Assembly: GCA_965198175.1 (NCBI GenBank)
Contig: OZ240245.1
Location: forward strand, 4,704,001 to 4,768,000
Reading direction: 5' to 3'
DNA from: Candidatus Poribacteria bacterium
GTDB taxonomy: Bacteria; Poribacteria; WGA-4E; PCPOR2b
DNA length: 64,000 nucleotides
In this document: in pieces, positions 60,921 to 64,000 of the stretch
Numbering within the stretch: position 1 is the first letter of the stretch
Layout of the letters: the number at the start of each line of letters is the position of its first letter
The notes under the pieces: generated by a model
Databases searched by the model: none
What the model was told of the DNA's origin: nothing
Seen by the model: only the letters and a program-made list of their open reading frames with translations
Made by a program: the position numbers and the translations under genes

Positions 60921-61682
60921 TTACCTCAATCTTTTACCTAAATCAACCTCTTCAAGCGTACCGATTAGCTTACCAATTCGGGTTTCTGCTTCGATTCGAA
61001 CAGGAATACGGCGATCGTCATTCGTGAGCCAAATCAGATAGCCGTGTGAGGTACGTATCGCCAACGTCTCTATACGCCCTAACGCTTCTGATTTCATCAT
61101 TTCACGCCGATAGATAGTGACTGTGACATCCTGGGGTTTATCCTTAACCAGTACAGGAAAAACGCAGGTCTGACCAACGTTAAACTCCTTTGATCGCAGG
61201 AAGTAAACCATCGACAATTCATCCTGTATACCGATTGGGACTTCAAAGACTTTACCGTTCTCATTTTTGGTATACTGGGCAATCCCTTTCTCAATGTCGA
61301 AATCAATTTCGACATGTGCTCGGTATTTTCGATCCTCAAGGTCTTTCACATGTCGCAGAGGGTGTAGTTGATCGGTTGTAACGTAGCTCTCCTGCCAATC
61401 CCTAAAGTGATAAAGTTTTCCAAAGACACTATCTGTCTGGGAATCTGAAACGAGGCGGTAAACTTGGCGCCCATTCAACATTGTCTTATCTGTGACTTGG
61501 GTAACCTGTTTTCCAGCGGACAATCCAGCAATTTTGACATTGTAAGTGAGAATTTCGCCAACTGTGAATGGGCATTGCTTAAGGTTTGCGGATTCAAGCA
61601 ACGAATGGGTTGGCAAAGCCATCAGGGATAGATTCAGACACAAAAAAAACCAGACAGAAAGTAGGGTTTTCGCATGGTGCAT
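60921..61682 (-). CDS. DUF3108 family exported protein
   Basis: Signal peptide; PF.VGE.L.Y, QDELS..Y.LR, IWLT.D..RIPVRI. Confidence 0.75.
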   Translation of the reverse strand: MHHAKTLLSVWFFLCLNLSLMALPTHSLLESANLKQCPFTVGEILTYNVKIAGLSAGKQVTQVTDKTMLNGRQVYRLVSDSQTDSVFGKLYHFRDWQESYVTTDQLHPLRHVKDLEDRKYRAHVEIDFDIEKGIAQYTKNENGKVFEVPIGIQDELSMVYFLRSKEFNVGQTCVFPVLVKDKPQDVTVTIYRREMMKSEALGRIETLAIRTSHGYLIWLTNDDRRIPVRIEAETRIGKLIGTLEEVDLGKRLR

Positions 61683-61915
61683 TATCTGAATCTCCTAAAA
61701 GTAATATGTTCCCATGTTGATGAAGTTTATCCTTACAATATAGTTTTGTTGCGCATGGGCTGGAAATCTTCGCCTATTGTAATGCTTGACCATTTCACCG
61801 ACGTCAATACGTAAAACGTGAATCTCGCATTTTTCTTTACTACGATTCGCTCTGTTCTATCGTCCCGTATATCTTTGCGTTTCCTCACAAAATCACCAAC
61901 TTTAGCCATTGTTAG

Positions 61916-62734
61916 CTAACGATGTAAAGGCGGGGCAAGTTCCGGGTTATCCGGGTCAATCTGGTATGCCCAGTCAAAAGTAACCGCATTGTCTGAAATC
62001 GCAACAACATGAATCTTGGCATAATTTCTGTCAGGAGTATAAAAAATATAAACGTGACCTTCAATCAGCTCAACAAATTCGGTAGTGAACCCTAAGAAGG
62101 GTGACACATCAACCTCGTCGAAAGCTTCGTGGTAACCCATGTCTTGCATTTCAGTTAAATTATCAGAATATAGATAGGGAACAGTAAACGACACGTCAAA
62201 TTCAGAAAAAATCTCAGTCAGTCCAAAATAGACATCCGTCGTTGGTGAGTCCCATGGAATCGCGCCCCTTTCAGGTTGAGAAAAATCAAAACCACTCTGT
62301 TTCGGAAGAAGTGAAAAGTCATTCAATGTCACATTATTACCCGACGGACGCGGAGTATCAGAGATATTTTCTGGGCTTAACTCGCTTTCGTTACCGTCGA
62401 AGTCCAAGGCTGAAACAGCGTAATAATAGGTGATGCCATTTTGGACATCTCGATCAACGTACCGAAATTCATCTGCAGAAACTCTTTCCAGCAAATTGAA
62501 GGTCTCATTATCCCGGCTCCGCCACATCTTATACCCAGCGAGATCGCTTTCACCGTTGGGGAACCATTCAATCGTCACCTGACCATTTCCAGTGATACTC
62601 TCCACACCTCGTGGAATAGCAGGGGGTTCTATATCTGGTTCAACAGAATCGTCTGAAGAACCACACCCGATACTCATCAGAAACGAACTCATCAGAAAAA
62701 GTCGTATCAGAATTCGGTATGCTTGTGTCAACAT
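61916..62734 (-). CDS. Fibronectin type III domain lipoprotein
   Basis: Lipobox SIG-C; PP..P.G...G.GQVT.W, DLAGY..R, YYY.VSA.D..GNES..S. Start ATG 62734 after GGAGGAG. Confidence 0.8.
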   Translation of the reverse strand: MLTQAYRILIRLFLMSSFLMSIGCGSSDDSVEPDIEPPAIPRGVESITGNGQVTIEWFPNGESDLAGYKMWRSRDNETFNLLERVSADEFRYVDRDVQNGITYYYAVSALDFDGNESELSPENISDTPRPSGNNVTLNDFSLLPKQSGFDFSQPERGAIPWDSPTTDVYFGLTEIFSEFDVSFTVPYLYSDNLTEMQDMGYHEAFDEVDVSPFLGFTTEFVELIEGHVYIFYTPDRNYAKIHVVAISDNAVTFDWAYQIDPDNPELAPPLHR

Positions 62735-62795
62735 AGGTTTTTCTCCTCCAAGCGGATTGTGTTTTTCGACATTACTTGTGATAACGCTATGCTGA

Positions 62796-62811
62796 AGCAA
62801 GCTTTGTGCCA
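62796..62811 (-). promoter_or_regulatory. Sigma54 (RpoN) -24/-12 promoter for the FN3 lipoprotein gene
   Basis: TGGCAC-AAAGC-TTGCT, full consensus, ~60 bp upstream of the start. Confidence 0.7.
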
Positions 62812-63535
62812 GCGGTAAAAAGATATCCTAGATCGAAAAATAGAGCGCGAAAAAAAGAAGGTGAGTAATTGAGATGACGTTCGTAGTGCCCACCTACTAC
62901 GATTGGACTTTGGAAAGAATCCGCTAATGGTCAGCATCTAACCTTACAAAAAGTATGGAAATGAGTGAGACTTCATACACAACAACGTGATGGTGCACAG
63001 CAGTGTCGTCGTCATACCGTCTGCCAGGACATCACATCTTAGAAGTTAGACCCGTTGTCTTCCTTTCAATGCTGAGACTCTATTGACACGTTATGTGTTG
63101 TAATTCTGCAACAGTAGTCACAGCATCTCCAAATTAAACAAGGCGTTTCATTGGAAGCGCCATCATCTTCAAAAAAGATCCGCACAATAATATCATAAAC
63201 TGCTATGTTGTGCAAGGATGAAGTATGAGAAAAACCCAACCCAGCGTGGTAGTCTATCGTTGGTCAAGGCACATTGTAGTGATTAGATAAACGGAAGGGA
63301 AGATAGCGCATCTGGCGTCTCGGACCATATGCTACCTGTTCAACCCCTCCGCTTTCATGAATTTTACTGTGATTCGCCTGAACACTACCACATTTCGGAT
63401 GAAAAACAAGCACATCTTATGTTAAGATATTCAGCGACGGTTCATCTTGCCATGCAATTGTTGACAATCAGCTTGAGAGGCACTTTTATCGTTAGGTGCC
63501 ACATTTCCACAAGCCTACAGAAAGAGAAAATTTCA

Positions 63536-64000
63536 GTGTCTATCTTACAACTTTTCCGCTTCTATCTGTGTCCGTTTCTTACCTTTTTATTCGTTTCTGT
63601 AGCCTGCGCCGCAATTGAGATTGAATCTGTCGAACTAGGGTTTGGCGGTACCCACAAACGGGATCGATGGTCGCCGCTGCAAGTGATTGTCACGAGTCAA
63701 AACGAAGCCTTCAGTGGTGAAATCTACACTGATATCCACAACGCCTCGTCGGGCGAGTTGATTCAATCGTATTCCACTCCGATCGCCCTAACACGAACCG
63801 ATCGTCAACAACGAATATTCTACATCTTCTTGCCAGGAATTTCCACCAAACTGATACTGAAATTGATTGACCAGAAAGGACGAATTCAAACATCTCAAGA
63901 AATCTCCGCTGAATCTCCAAAGCAAACGACAGACCTCATCGCGCTTGCGCTGACACCAAGCCGTGATTTGTTGAGTCGCTGGGATGGAAAACAAATTGGT
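63536..64000 (+). CDS. Exported protein, 3'-truncated by the window (not in the ORF track)
   Basis: GTG start, signal peptide (...FVSVACA-A), VELGFGG..K.DRWSPLQV.V......FSGE; frame open to the window end. Confidence 0.6.
   Translation, partial: MSILQLFRFYLCPFLTFLFVSVACAAIEIESVELGFGGTHKRDRWSPLQVIVTSQNEAFSGEIYTDIHNASSGELIQSYSTPIALTRTDRQQRIFYIFLPGISTKLILKLIDQKGRIQTSQEISAESPKQTTDLIALALTPSRDLLSRWDGKQIG

Overview
Bacterial chromosomal window from a diderm, LPS-producing organism (lptD, kdsA/kdsC). Secreted LamG proteins with a C-terminal 'TAVEPSGKAATTWAQLK'-type tail, HEAT-repeat proteins and GKDGK glycine-rich repeat proteins suggest Ca. Poribacteria (inference, not tested). It contains housekeeping genes (fabV, phosphohexomutase, trpB/trpA, recX, mfd) and a catabolic gene cluster of unknown substrate (~13.5-24.3 kb). 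An ~8 kb accessory island (24.45-32.6 kb) is bounded by a duplicated 3' end of a DUF1611 gene. An envelope-biogenesis operon follows (mfd - two parvulins - SurA-like - lptD). The most striking observation is LptD, which carries a ~380-aa in-frame insertion of three parvulin/PpiC-like domains, two nested inside a split third, at a position that aligns by eye with a periplasmic turn of the barrel. Other notable items are a KdsC-KdsA fusion, a CARDB/prenyltransferase-repeat/YdjY multidomain protein, several unannotated pseudogene relics, GTAG-type REP palindromes and degenerate 7-bp tandem repeats inside and between genes. No rRNA, tRNA, CRISPR array, integrase or reverse transcriptase was recognised. 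All family assignments are by-eye motif recognition; no database searches were run.
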